A DNA stretch of 64,000 nt, from the NCBI RefSeq assembly GCF_009914755.1, contig NC_060927.1. One strand, given 5' to 3'. Below the pieces are notes generated by a model. It ran no database searches. It saw only the letters and a program-made list of their open reading frames with translations, and was not told the origin of the DNA. Origin of the DNA: the human T2T-CHM13v2.0 reference genome, Homo sapiens. Made by a program: the position numbers and the translations under genes. Position 1 is the stretch's first letter. Each line of letters starts with the position of its first letter. Positions 45,193-60,726 of the stretch are shown here, piece after piece.

Positions 45193-45538
45193 TGGTAGTC
45201 TGCCACTTAGCCCAGCGGGATACATTCCAAGACTGCTAGTGGATGCCTGAAACCATGAATAATATTGAACCTTATATATACCGTGTTTTTTTCGATCCGG
45301 TAACATAGATGGCTACTAAGTGATTAATGGGCAGGGAGCATATACGGTGTGGATATGCTGGACAAAGGGATGATGTCCTTGGCAGGACAGAGTGGGATTT
45401 CATCACCATACTCAGAATGTTGTATAATTGGAAACTTATGAATTATTTATTTTTGGAATTTTCTATTTAATATTTTTGGACTGCTGCTAAGTAACAGAAA
45501 CTGCAGGAAATTAAACCCTGGATAAGGGGACACTACTT
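45193..45538 (-). mobile_element. MER44A-type (Tigger7-derived) MITE
   Basis: ttccaagac...gtggatgcctgaaacc...ggctactaagtga...ctggacaaagggatgat...ggataaggggacactac. Confidence 0.85.
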
Positions 45539-46084
45539 TAATTTCTTTATACTTTTCAATGAAAACATTGACACTGGAGGCTGGAAGATAATAGAGCAAA
45601 GCCTTCAAAATGAGAGGAAATTTATCCCTAGCTAAACTTACAAATGTGAGGATAGAAGAAAAATGTGTCCCACACCACGCACCCTTTCTTAGATATTGGT
45701 GGATAAAAGAAAAAAAAGAAAAGGGAGACTTAAAAGACTTAAAATTCAGTGAGGATAGAGGTAGAGGGTTGTTCCTAGATACCAGTGGTACAGCAGGCCT
45801 AGAAATCAGCCAATTAGAAATGGAAAGAAGACTGAAGGAGGGTGGTCTCCAGTAATAATATAGAGGTAATAGCTTATCTGCTTCTTTGTTGTTGTGAAAA
45901 AATACCATGAGAAGGGTTTTATATTACATTGAAGAGTTTAGGAAGAATGAATGATAGGTATACAGAAAACAAATTAAAGAGGTGGTTATTAACTTTATAA
46001 AAGACAAAACTTGAACAGGAAAAGAAGTATCCTATTTGAGCTATCAATCAGGATAGGCCATGAAAACAACATCATGCTCTCCTG

Positions 46085-46350
46085 CTGCCTCCCTGTCCCC
46101 AAATATCTGCTCATTGTAGTTACTTGGGAATGCAGGCAGATGGAAGCTCCATTTTAATGTGAGCACACACTGTCACAGCAGGGGTAGAAGAATAGGAAAT
46201 TGTGCACTGGCACCTACATTTCCATTTGGAAGTGACACAAGTACTCATGTTTATTGGCCAAAGCAAGTCATACCTGACCGTTGTGGAGTGAGGACGGCAA
46301 TAGGGAAATACATTCCTGCCTCCCAGGAGAACTGGGATATTTGTGAACTG
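46085..46350. mobile_element. Old MaLR LTR fragment (MLT1K/L-like)
   Basis: ggaagtgacaca...ctcatgtttattggccaaagcaagtcat. Confidence 0.6.
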
Positions 46351-47118
46351 CTATAGTCATTACCACACTTGGCTTAGCAGCAAAGAGTCTTGTTGTAAAC
46401 AAAATACTGGCAGATTTTGCTTTAGCTATATCATAAAGATGGGGAGGGGGGGAATAGATAGTGGAAATGGGGAAATTAACATCTGTCACAATAGACAGTG
46501 TATAAAATTGATAACTGATGGAGTAGCAGTATAAACATGTTAAAAACATGAGGGTAAATATCAGAGAAAACAGCTAAGAGAGTTAAAATTATTTTGCTTC
46601 CATGGAGTAGGACTAGTGGTGAGAAGCGTTGAATAGGAAACTGCAGTATTTCATTATAAGCTTTTGAAGATTATTTACCATGACAAAAAATAAAAGAAAA
46701 AGTGCGATAATACCCATAAATACAGTGTGATTGGGAGAATTAAATGGTGTTTTAGGTAGATAGATATAGACGTATATAGTAGCTAATAGAGAACTTGAAC
46801 CATTGTGAGCTGTTATTTCTCTTCCATTTCCTGTTATGTTGCAGTGAGCCTCTTTCCACATTTCAGAGTGCCAAATTTGGGGCTTAGTATAGCATTGCCT
46901 TTTATGTGTGGGATGGTGGGATAGATGTTTTCTATAGAAGATACAGAAAGCTCCCCTATAGGAATATTTAATCTTCAGAGTTCAGGTGGCAGTCAAAACC
47001 TTAGGCTTGAGTAACTTCTCTGGGAATTATGAGAAATGAATGCCACTTAATTTTGGACTCCAATGGCAGGTAAGTACAAGTTGAAATTAAACTTGTGTTT
47101 GGTACATTTTCTTCTTAG

Positions 47119-47292
<174 letters not shown>

Positions 47293-50200
47293 TAGTCCCC
47301 TGGGGTGGAAAGGTAGAGCCTTCTTTTAATTGCAGATGAATTCATGCTTCACATTTGAGCTGTCCAACTCACTTCCAGGATTTGTAGAACCCTTGCCAGT
47401 ATTGAGGTGTTAAGTTTTAGTTGGTTAATTGGCCCTCAAAAGATGGAAATTTGAGAATGTAGCAAAATATGAATCACTGGTTCTTTTAGATCTCCAGAGG
47501 TCTCTGAGTAGCTGATAGAAATTTTATTTTAAACAAGTTTATCTTATGAGAAGGGAAATGGATCGAGGTAAAATGGTGTTACTCTCTTTTTATCACTTTG
47601 TTTTAAAGACAAAAATACTTTTCTAAAAATTGAGTCTGAAGCCTCTAATATATCCTTTAAGGTGATTGCTAACTTGATCTGTTACTGTTCACCAGGGAGG
47701 TAAAGAAGTCCCCAGATTCTGCTTACTTATATGCTGCTGACTGAGCAGTGATGGGGAGAGGGTCTGCTGGACACACACACATTAGGCCACCTCTCCTAGG
47801 GATGTCATGTGTAAGACTCGGGGGTTGGTGGTTGGTGTCCTAACCTGATTCTTACCTTCTGGATAGTCATCTGGCTTCTGCAGAATATATGTAGTTATGT
47901 AGTCTCTCACAGCAGTTGGAAGAGTTGGCTTCCTTAATTTTATTATTTTAATGAAATAGGAGTCTAAGCACTACAATTTCTGGGAGGAAGAAAAACAAGT
48001 TATGTGAAAAATGTTTTTATTTGTTGTTCACTTAAGCAAAGGCTTTTTTTGAGTTTTAAACATTTTGATGGATTTATAGGGCTTCTGTTCTTAAAATAAA
48101 CTAAGTTTGGAAAGGTACTCTTACCAGCAGAGAACATTGCTCCCAGCCTGCTGCCATTGCCCTTCTCTCTGAACCTTCTGTGCTGCTGAACCAAGATCAC
48201 TCCTCATACCCCTGCCCCCAGAGCCTGGTGCATCTCATCTGGGATATGGGCTGTATTGTGACCATCTTAACACTTCATCCCCTGTCTCCAAGGAAATGGG
48301 AGGCAGAGACTCATGGCTGAGAAGTTATTTTGCAAATGGATATTTTGGATGGAAAAAAATTTAAAGGAAAACAACTTTTCCTTCCCCCTTTCCCCTTTTA
48401 ATGTAAGAGGCTTTGATGACAGGTTCTAGAGTTTCTGGGGTTTCATCCCAAAGGCCTGAATCTGGAACATGCCCTGGATCCCCCCACCTCAGTCCTCAAG
48501 CTTTCTGGACCCCTGAAGCCAAGGCAGATTCTTTCTCCCAGCGTCATTTCTGGGGCAGGAGGAATCTCTTTTCTGGTTTACCTGGGCCAGACCTAAGAAT
48601 AGCAGGATCTCTGAAACCACAGGGTTTTGATGTGTTTTTATCAAGCCAAATGTACAATTGCCAACTGACACTCTGGATAATTGAGCACAGGGGGTGCCCT
48701 CGTACATTGTACCGTCACTCCCTTCTGAACAGTTGGCAGACCAAACTGTTTGGAAGCTCAGATACTCTGGCTCAGGGTAACACTTTTGTTCCCCTTACAC
48801 TCCTCAACTTTCCACCTCAGCTAGGGAAAGAGAATGACAGTTAAGGCTTGACCCAGGATTATAATCGTTAGAGCAAGTGGGAGTTTCAGAGACTTAAGGG
48901 GCACCGCAGGGAGGCCTTGCTGCCACAAAATTAGGGTTTGGATTGATAAAGCCTGTGTCGGAAGGGGCAGTGGCAGCTCCACTGAGACAATCCTGGGAAG
49001 ACTGTGGTGCAGAGGGCCTGTTACTCCCCTGATTCACCTGATTCTGGGGCTTTGACCCTTTCTTTTTAAATTTACTTTTGCTAAGTTGCACTTATTTATT
49101 TTTTAAAAAGACCGTTGGTGAACAAAATGTGAACCCATTTCTTTCCTCTTTTGAACTTCTGGGATGTCATCACTTCCAGTTTGTTGGCTTTGTTTCCAGC
49201 TATTAATAAAGCATTAAAAGAGTGGAGAAAAAAAGGTAGGGAAGTGGGCAGAGTCTTGCTACTCTTAGCAGCACATAGCAAGAGGTTTTAAAGTGGCATG
49301 GATTTAGAGGACTTAAAGAGGTCTTGAAGGTCTAATATATGCTCCCTCTTTTTGTTAGTTTCTGGAACAAAGTTTTCCTACCTCATTATATTGACTAATT
49401 CTTTTCATATGAAGGATTGTGGAGGTTTGTGTATGTGTGTTTTGTACTGTAACATTATGAAGTAGACCAGAGTTGGTAGAGGGGAAAGTTTTTGTTGCAC
49501 AGAGTTTTGGGAAACATTCTGCTCATTTGTCTCTTGCTTCATGTCTTTTCTTCTTTATCTACCCTTGTGCTCCACTTCCATCCTCCCCCTGAGATTACCG
49601 TAATGAAGAACAGAAAGATTTTAAACCTCAGTTGATATGTACTTACATTACATCTTATGAAACAAGTTTCTTAAAATACTGTGGTTCTTAATTTTGATAT
49701 TAGAGTATATTTTGTTTTATGTCAGGGGCTCTCCACATGAAAAAAGTTTACCTATCCTTGACTCAGAGAGTAGCAGCAGATTTTCACTGGTGCTAAAGAA
49801 GCAAATAAATACAGGATACTAACCTCTAGACTAGTGCCACCCCTCCATTAGGAGTGCGCAGAGCTGATCTTTCCGTCTTAGGATTTGCTGACATATATTT
49901 TTGTCACTGTCCCCTTCTGTTACCATCAGCCTCTATCCTAACACCAGGAACTGTGAAGTGGCTCATTCTCTCAAGGGTGAAAGCCTTTGGAGCCCACATC
50001 TACATAAATAATTAGGTATATGACTCTTACTTTGGAAAAATAGAATTACTTGCTTTTAACCTTGATTTTTTTTGAGCATATGTAATCTTTCATACCTTCT
50101 GCTTGACGAAGAATGGATAGTTTCTTTGGTCTCTCTGGGGCTTTTCAGTCTCCTCTTGACTTATTTATGTTTAGTTTGTATGTGCATGTTACAAGTTGTT

Positions 50201-51034
50201 CAGTCTAATATCTCAGATGCAGGCACATCCCTTTGGTTAATAAAAGTAGTTTCCGGAGTTCCATAATTCTGAGAGCAAGCTAAATGATATTTGGGAAATG
50301 AAAAGTACTTTGTACTATATCTTACATGCCCAAGGATGATGACAGGGAAATAAGTAGAAATAATAATATGATGGCGTTATTTACATACTCTTAGAGAACC
50401 AACGTTACAAATAAGAAATGTCTGTTCATGTTATGGAAGGAGTAAAAGAATCCAAACTATTGTTGGTATTAATGGTTTTACAACCACTTTCCAAATTAGC
50501 TTTACCTTCCAGGAGTTTTCATGTACAAAGTTGTTACAGGCTGTGTATAATTAACTAATACAGCCTTCTCTTCAGAGTGTTTAATTTTTCTGGAGATCTT
50601 GGAAATGGAAAGATGAAGATCCGTTAGAAGCCACCTTCAAAGGTGTTTGCCTGTTTAAAATTGACTTTAAAGCCTAACAAACCCATAGTTTCTCTAAATA
50701 ATTAATTCTATTTTTTAAAGAGGTAGAGTTCCTGTTGAAAGTAGCTGCATGTGATTACTATGTGAAAATATTGTTCATTTTCTGTCTCTTGCCTACTCTG
50801 CCCTTCAGTTCTTTAGTTTGATTCTTTTTAATTAAAACAGCTTAAAGGGACCCCTTATCCAGAACCATTAAACTATAATGTTTTGGTCTGTAATCATTTT
50901 GATTTTACAAATGACATTATAGTCTTAAGTGATTTATTTAAGAAGTGTTACTGTCTCCAATTTCTATCAACTAAATTCTGATGTTTTCATGACTCACTTT
51001 TTTTTGTTGTTGTTTGGATTTTATTATTTCCTAA

Positions 51035-51247
<213 letters not shown>

Positions 51248-52030
51248 TAAAATACTGTGGTGCATAATTTTGTGAACTATTAGTTATGAATATGTTTATG
51301 TAATATTGAGATTATGCAATTGAAATCGACTCATGGTTTTGCTCATGGTCTATATAAAGTTGGCAAAACTGATTATAGTTTAAAAAGTAATAACTTTGAC
51401 ATGCATAACTAAATCATGAAATCACATGCATTTTATTCACAGAAGGGTAATTATTTTTAATTCATGATCACTGTGATGACAGAGTAAAAGCACTAGATCA
51501 TGATTGTCAAAGGAAACATGAAACTTAGTTTTTCCTTTCAACTTAAGTATAATTTTCAAAGCAGACTTGTGCATAATTTGGCAGAAAATAGCTTGTTATA
51601 TGTATTTGTTTTTCATCATGTATACCTATATTTGAATGCTATTTAAGATTACCGTAAGAAGTAGAATAAGAGCGAAGAAGAGAATGAAAGTTAATTTCCC
51701 AGAGCCTCTAAACTGTAATTCATACTGATAAATTTAACAGTTGGCTAAACTCCATTAATTCTTATTTGGAGAGGGGCTAGTCCAGGAGTTTCAAACTATA
51801 TATTGTCTAAGAACAGGTCACTAGGAACATTATATTATTGGAAGAATAACTTTTCGATGTTTATTTTCATTTATGTATAACTACATGATTACCACAGATC
51901 CACCACCATTTTGTCTGGCTTCGGACACTGTACTTAAAATGCACTCTGATCTTCGTTACATTTCAGCTGCTGAGCAGAACCTGATTGGCCTAGTTTCGAT
52001 TCTTAGGTATGCTAGCTTAAATAGTCAAAA

Positions 52031-52162
52031 TTCTTTTTTTTTTTTTTTCCTGTAGAGACAGGGTCTTGCTATATTGCCCAGGCTGGTCTTGAACTCCTGG
52101 GCTCAAGTGATCCTGTAGCCCCAAAGTGCAGAGATTACAAGCCTGAGCCACCGTGGCCAGCC
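52031..52162 (-). mobile_element. FLAM/Alu monomer, antisense
   Basis: T tract followed by gtagagacagggtcttgct...gagccaccgtggccagcc; flanked by aaaattcttt repeats. Confidence 0.88.
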
Positions 52163-52308
52163 TTGAAAATTCTTTATTCTTAAATTTAAACAAAAATGAA
52201 AGTCAAACATAAAACTCCAGACTTAATACTGATTCAGATAGGTTTGTATTACTGGTAGGTAACAAAAGAGAACAGATAACAAATCATACTAAATGAGCAT
52301 TACGTTGA

Positions 52309-52476
<168 letters not shown>

Positions 52477-52827
52477 TAAAGCCTTTTGGACTGAAAGGCC
52501 TTATTCTAAGTGTTACCATTTCTACTACTATCTTAATGAAACTGTTTAATTGTGAACATCAGGGATTTAAATAACCACCAGATTTGTTGGTTCAAATCCT
52601 GAAATGAAGTCTTATCATTGAATTAGTCTTATCATTGATTATTTATGATATGATGTTTATGAATATCAGTGCAAAATTATTAATTTTAGCAAGAACCAGA
52701 TTTCCTCTGAGAAAAGTACTGTGGAAATTAATAGTGCTTGTATTTATGAATTAGAGGATGGAGAGAGATCATTGATTTATACTTCTTACTCTTTTGTTCA
52801 ATTTTAATTTTAGCATGAGTATGTGAT

Positions 52828-54085
52828 TTTTTTTAGGTACAATTTACATATAGTAAAATTCGCCCATTTTAGTGTATAGTTCTGAACATTGAGTGATGCA
52901 TGCAGTCTTGTGACCACCACCACAATCAAGATATAGAACAGTTCCATCATCCCCCCAGATTATCTTATGCCTTTTTGTGGTACCTTCTCCCCCTACTTCC
53001 AGGACTTGGCAGCCACTAATTCTTTTTTTGTCTCTGCCACTTTACCTTTTCTAGAATGCACTAAAAATTGAATCATACCATATGAATGAGGCTTTTGAAT
53101 CTGCTTCTTTCACTTAGCATAATGCATTTGACATTTATCTATGTTGGTTGTGTGTATTAGTAGTTTGTTGTTGTTTTTTAAAGTAATATTCTATTATAGG
53201 TGTACCTTACCTATTCACCAGTTAAAGGACATTTAGATTGTTTCCACTTTTTGATGATTATGAATAAAGATGCTGTCAACATTTGTGTACAGGCTTTTGC
53301 AGTTTGTACACAAATTTATTTTGCATGAAAATACATTTTCATATCTCTTGGGTAAATATCTGTGAGTAATTGCTGGGTCATACACTTAATGTATATTTAA
53401 TTTCATAAGAAACTGCCAAGTTGTTTTACGAGATGGCTTTATTATTTTGCAACCCCACCAGCAGTGCCTGGAACTTCTAATAGTCCTGCATCCTCACTAG
53501 CACAAGGGATTGTCATTGCCCTCCTCCCCCATTCTGATAAGTGTACAATGGTATCTTACTGTGATTTTAATGTGCGTTTCCCTCACAACTAGTGATGTTG
53601 AATATCTTTTCATATGCTTATTTGCCATCCATATATCTTCTTTAGTGAAGTGTCTGCCCTGCCTATTTTTTAAAAATTATGTTTTCTAATTATTGAATTT
53701 TGAGCATTCTTTATATAATGTGGATACAAGTCCTTTATTAGATATTTGTTTGAAAATGTTTCTTTCCAGTTGGTAGTGTGTCTTTTCCAAGAGAGAAGCT
53801 TTTAATTTTGATTAGGTCTAGTTTTTCAATTTCTTCTTTTATGGACTATGCTTTTGATATCTCAGAACTCCCTGCCTAACCCAGGTTCACAAAGATTTTC
53901 TTCGTGTTTTCTTATAGAAGTTTTATAGTTTTGGGTTTTATACTTAGGTCTGTGATCCATTTTGAGTGTATTTTTTTGTATATGTTGTAATGGGTTACGG
54001 TTTATTTTCTTTGCATATAGATGTTCAGTTATTCCAGCAACATTTGTTGAAAAGACTGTCCTTTTTCCATTGAAATACTTTTTAA
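52828..54085 (-). mobile_element. L1MB/MC-type fragment (~1.25 kb)
   Basis: Antisense L1M 3' UTR and ORF2 end: ttcacttagcataatgc, ttgggtaaatatct..gagt, gaaactgcca, gatccattttgag, catttgttgaaaagact. Confidence 0.85.
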
Positions 54086-55099
54086 CTTTTGATTATAATG
54101 CTTTTCTAACAAATTATTTGTAGGAAGGAGGTATCTCCTGCCCCACAGCACAGTAGCTTCTTTAAAGCCAGGTTCCCTGATATGAGATTAACTTACTTTA
54201 TTATCTTGGGCTGCCTTGTAAGGGGCCTATCAAAGCCTGGTTTGTGGATACCCAGGTCCCATAGGAAGTGCCCCATAAGAGGTGGGCAGCAGTCTTCCCA
54301 GTTGCTGACAGTTCAGATTTCTTGGTTTTATTGTTAGTTAACTTATATATGCACATCTATTTGTATGTCCTTCAAAATAAGCACTTATCTGGAATTTATT
54401 TTATTAGCTATTTTGTAGCCATCCATTGTTACTAATAAAATGTGCTACCTCCTCCTTCATTTATTTTACACTTACAACTTCAAGTTATATATTCAGAATG
54501 TGGAATTTTCTTAAATTGTTTCTGCATCTTAAGGTATGTCTATACTTTTTTGATTAGAAAATTTATTCATTAGTGGTATATGTTCAACATAGAAAAATCA
54601 AATAATATAGAAAAGTAAGAGCTACAATAGAAGTTGTCTGTAATCTAACCCACACTCAGGTTATGCATCCACAGAGTATCCATAATAAGTTAACCTATTA
54701 TGACTTAAAAAAATGTGTTTAACAAAACCTGGTTGCTACTTTATACTGTTATAATTCTGAACATTCATTTTACATAACTTTGGCATTTCTGAAATCAATT
54801 ATTATTAGAAAACATGTTTTTAATTGCTGTACAATATTTTGAGTATACCATGTGTATGTGTGTATAAATGCATAGCATGCATATATATATATAGAGAGAG
54901 AGAGTTACATAACCATTTTCCTGTTGAAATTTGAGCTTCTATTCTTTTTACTACTGTAAATGTTCCTTTAAGGATAATGACAATAGCAACCATTTATTAT
55001 CTGCCAATGCATGTATTACCTACATTATCTAATTTACTTCTTATAGCTACCTTATGAAAGATAGGCAGCACCGCTTTAAAAATTCTAATAATTAATAAG

Positions 55100-55870
55100 C
55101 CTTATTTCTTAGCAGTGTTAGATTTATAGAATAATTGAGCAGATAACACAGAGTTCTACATTCCTACTCCATCTCTACCCTCTACTCTTACACAGTTCCT
55201 CTTCATATTAATAGACTGCATTACTGTAGTATATTTATTGCAATTAATGAGCTAATATTGATACATTCTTATTTCATGGTTTACATTAAGGTTTACTTTT
55301 TGTGTTGTACCTTTCTAGGGGTTTTGACAAATGCATAATGACATATATCCACCATTACAATTTCTTTTGAGACGGAGTCTCGCTCCACCATTAGAATTTC
55401 ATACAGGGTAGTTTCATTGCCCTGAAAATCCCTGTGTTTGACGTTTTCATCCCTCCCCACTCCGCTTGAATCCTTGACAACCACTGATCTTTTTACTGTC
55501 TCTGTAGTTTTGCCTTTTCCAGAATGTGTATGGTTGGAATAATATCATATGTAGCCTTTGCAGACTGGATTTTTTTCACTAAGCAACATGCATTTAAGGT
55601 TTCACCATGTCTTTTCCTGGCTTAGTAGCTCATTTCTTGTGAGCACTAAATAATATTCCATTGTATGAAAGTGCCACAGTTTATCACTTCACCTTTTGAA
55701 GGGCATCTTAGTTGCTTCCAGGTTTGGCAATTATATATAAAGCTGCTCTAAACATTCATATACAGGTTTTTGCGTAGACATAAGTTTTCAATTCATTTGG
55801 GTAAATACTAAGCACAGTTGCTGAATCAGATCATATGGTAAGAGTATATTTAGTTTTTTAAGAAACAGGC
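55100..55870 (-). mobile_element. L1MC-type 3' end
   Basis: agcagtgttagatttatagaa..attgagcaga...caattaatgagctaatattgatacatt...ttgacaaatgcataatgacat...ttttgccttttccagaatg. Confidence 0.8.
55365..55383 (-). mobile_element. Ultra-short Alu 3' end fragment with TSD
   Basis: ttttgagacggagtctcgc lies between tccaccattacaatttc (55348-55364) and tccaccattagaatttc (55384-55400). Confidence 0.8.
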
Positions 55871-55871
55871 A

Positions 55872-56000
55872 ATTCCATTTTTATAGATGAGGAAATTGAG
55901 GCCCACAGTACTTGGGAGACTTGGCTGATGTCTCAGAGCTAGTAAGTGGTGGTGTTGGCATTGGAACTGGAATCCAGGTCTGTATGCTCCAGAGTTCATC
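55872..56000 (-). mobile_element. MIR fragment
   Basis: ccatttttatagatgaggaaattgaggccca...agctagtaagtgg...aatccaggtctg...ctccagag. Confidence 0.75.
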
Positions 56001-56400
56001 TGTTGTTTGCTGTTTCTTTGAATATTATTGAACCTAAGATGTACCCAACTCTGATTATTATTATTATTGTTATTATTTTTTACCACTGCCCTTATCCATG
56101 TACATCTGATTATTTTTATACACTAAATTCCTGCATGTGAAATGATTGGACTAATGTTCAACACATTTGTAAGGCCGTTAACATATATTGCTGAATTGTC
56201 CTCTGAAAAAGTTTCTGTTTATATTTCCATAAACTACACTTCATACAGTAGCATTAAGTCCCTAGACCTCCAGCCCCACTTCCCTCATCCTCTAGCAAGT
56301 GGTTAGATTTTGGATGTTGTTACTAATAGAAATACACTATTTTGCTTATCCATATTTTTTATTTCTCAACTTCTAATCACTCATGAATGCTGTTTTCAGA

Positions 56401-57853
<1,453 letters not shown>

Positions 57854-58649
57854 CAGTATGTTGGGATCATAGATGACTGTTGGGATCACTGCCACCCAGA
57901 GAGCTGGGGCAGTGTGGATGTTTGCTTTGTTTTTGGGGTGGGGAAGGTGTTTATATATTTGAATAGGGCTTTTTTTTTTTTTTTTGGTGCACGTCCTATC
58001 CTGGTAATCTCTTCCTGATGTTTATTTCTGAATAAATCCCATATTGGATTTTTTTAGTGGTATTGGGACAGAGTATTAGTAAATGTATGTGAAATCTGCA
58101 GTTACTTAAACATTTTACCATTAGACTTCTGCATAACTTCTCAGAGATGCTAAAGGTGGTGAAACTTTCATTTTATTTGCTTTCTTCAGTTTGTCCTCTG
58201 GCTCTCTTATAAAAATTAAGGTGAACTCTGGAAACCAACCAAAGATAGTTAGGGAAGAAAGAAACTAATTACAAATTACATCATCAGCCTGGACAAATCA
58301 CATTGTTGGGGTTTCCCAAGTAGAGTGTGTGTGCGTTAATTATAGCAGATATCCTGATGCTATTCCAAGGAGACTAAAACAAAATAAGACCTAAGCCCTG
58401 TCAGAAGCTCGTTGAATTGCTTAAATTCATCCTACTTTAAAGTGGAATTCTATAAATACCAGCCCTGCCTCCCAGGTATTTTGTATCTTTTGAATACCTA
58501 AGTCTTTTCTCCAAATATTATTAGAGAATTTTTTGTCTCATTAGGTTAGCAGGACGGCCCCCACCCTCATCTTGTCTTTTTCCCTACTTCATTTTGTGTT
58601 CATGTGACCCTTTTATAGCCAATATGTTTATTTGGCCTTCAGCTTTTTG

Positions 58650-58713
58650 ATTAGTTTAGTTTAGTTTAGTTTAGTTTAGTTTAGTTTAGTTAGTTTAGTT
58701 TAGTTTAGTTTTA
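58650..58713. repeat. (TTTAG)n pentanucleotide microsatellite (Alu tail derived)
   Basis: About 12 units directly abutting an antisense Alu. Confidence 0.95.
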
Positions 58714-59054
58714 GAGATGGTGTTTTGCTTTATTGCCCAGACTGGAGTGCAGTGGCATGATCATAGCTCACTGCTGCCCTGAATTCCTGGGCCCAAGCTA
58801 TCCTCTGCCTTAGCCTCCCAAGTAGCTGGAACTGTAGGTGCTCACCACTATGCTTGGGTAATTAAAAAAAAAAAAAAAGAAAGAAAATCCATTTCTGAAT
58901 GGATTTTTAAACTTTTTTGAAAGAAAGGATTTGCAGAAATGGAGTCTCACCACGTGTTGCCCAGACTGGTCCTGAACTTCTGGGCTCAAGTGATCCTCCC
59001 ACCTCAACCTCCCAAAGTGCTGGGGTTATAGGCATGAGCCACTGCACGTAGCCT
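58714..59054 (-). mobile_element. AluJ, antisense, with extra sequence in the inter-arm linker
   Basis: gatcatagctcactgc and ctgggctcaagtgatcctcccacc; linker expanded at 58861-58931. Confidence 0.9.
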
Positions 59055-59064
59055 CGTCTTCTGC

Positions 59065-59414
<350 letters not shown>

Positions 59415-60726
59415 TGAATAACTTTTATTATTGTTACAAATAAAACAGACCTTTTGTTCTAAATCATTAGCTTGTTGACATTTTCCCCCATGTACTAGAA
59501 TCATATTAATTGTGCCCCTCATTAAAATATTTTTCAGCCATCCTTTTTCATAATTCTTTTGAACACATTTCATTCTCCTTTTGGAATATGAAGTGTTGCT
59601 ATGTACTTTGACCTAGAGCCAGTTAAAAAGTAGTACTGAATCTCAGTTTTGCTTGTTATTAAGTCATCTGGGAATTCTCAGTGTTTTCCATTTATGACTT
59701 TTTCTAGTGTGTCCTACATTTTCCATTGATCCATTGATAGAAGTGGTCATCCTCTTTCATTCTTCTTTTTCTGATTTTTACAGCATTACTTGCATTTATA
59801 TTTCTACTGAATCTATTCACCAAGTCCCCATATTATTATCACAATTCATATAGTCTAATTTTTAATAGGTTGTAAACCTTTATTTCAATCACTTGTTTTT
59901 TCTTCAGTGCATTAGTTTTCTTTAATCTGTCCTAGAAGATTTGAGGATCTTCGGTAGGTTATTCTAATGCAAGACACATCTTTTCCATTAATCTCTCCTT
60001 TAATATTTTCCTTTCTTTTTTTTTGTAACTTCCTTTCCCTAGTACATCTTGTCTATTAATTTCCATCAAAAGAACTGTGAGTGCTGACCACAAATGTGAC
60101 ACTGAAAAGGAGGACTCATAAGAAGAGAAAAATACCCCTTGTAGATTGCTTCTGAAAATATGTGGCCTTGTTCTACTCTCTTTGATGATTTTTATCTCTT
60201 CCTCCAAATCTAAAATCAGGCCAAAATACCCAACTGTCACAACTGGATCAAGCCAGCTGCACCTTTTACCACCAAGTACAAGGCTCACTGCAACCCACGG
60301 ATACCCATCTAACTTCGGGACAGCCATGATCCCCAATAGGCAGGGATGACACCCACGACCAGCAAGAAGCAGCTACAGAAAATTGATCCTCAGTGCCTCT
60401 GCCTCCCATAAAGATTTATGGGGATCATGTCTCTCGGAGAAATGAGGCAGAATAGGGAATTAGGGTAATCAAGGGTTAAGGCATAAGTAAAAGAACAGTA
60501 GATGCAGCCAGTTCTAGGCAAGATTAGGCAGCATTTAGGCCACATCCTTAATCCTGTGATAACAAGACAGTAGTCTCCACTTCAGCCTCTGATTGGCTGG
60601 GGACCAAGTCTCCACTTCAGTCTCTGATTGGTCACAGGCTAATCCTTCATAGGGTGTAACCAATTGGAGGCCTCTAAATGGCATCTGGTAGTGTTACCAA
60701 ATTCTTTTAACTTAATAAAAACCCTA

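Larger units (their letters stand above)
43270..46690 (+). mobile_element. Fragmented ancient L1-like element (HAL1/L1ME type) hosting later insertions
   Basis: ORF1-region phrases gaaaattttccagaatgaaa...gcccacca...cagcacaat and ggaggctggaagataatagagcaaagccttcaaaat continue across the inserted elements. Confidence 0.5.

Noticed and set aside
45447-45908. 153-aa minus-strand ORF, and the 143-aa ORF at 48413-48844
   Set aside because: No recognisable domain. The first overlaps decayed repeats, and both start at non-ATG codons. Length alone is not support.
48100-49100. Locally higher-GC, apparently repeat-free intronic stretch as a possible enhancer, plus scattered TGA(C/G)TCA AP-1 motifs elsewhere
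   Set aside because: It is not a CpG island, and short motifs occur at chance frequency. Chromatin data would be needed.
52031-52162. Antisense FLAM with a poly-T/AG acceptor (cctgtag at 52055) as a candidate Alu exon
   Set aside because: The usual downstream donor is mutated (acaagcctgag instead of acaggcgtgag/gtgtgag), so I cannot define an exon.
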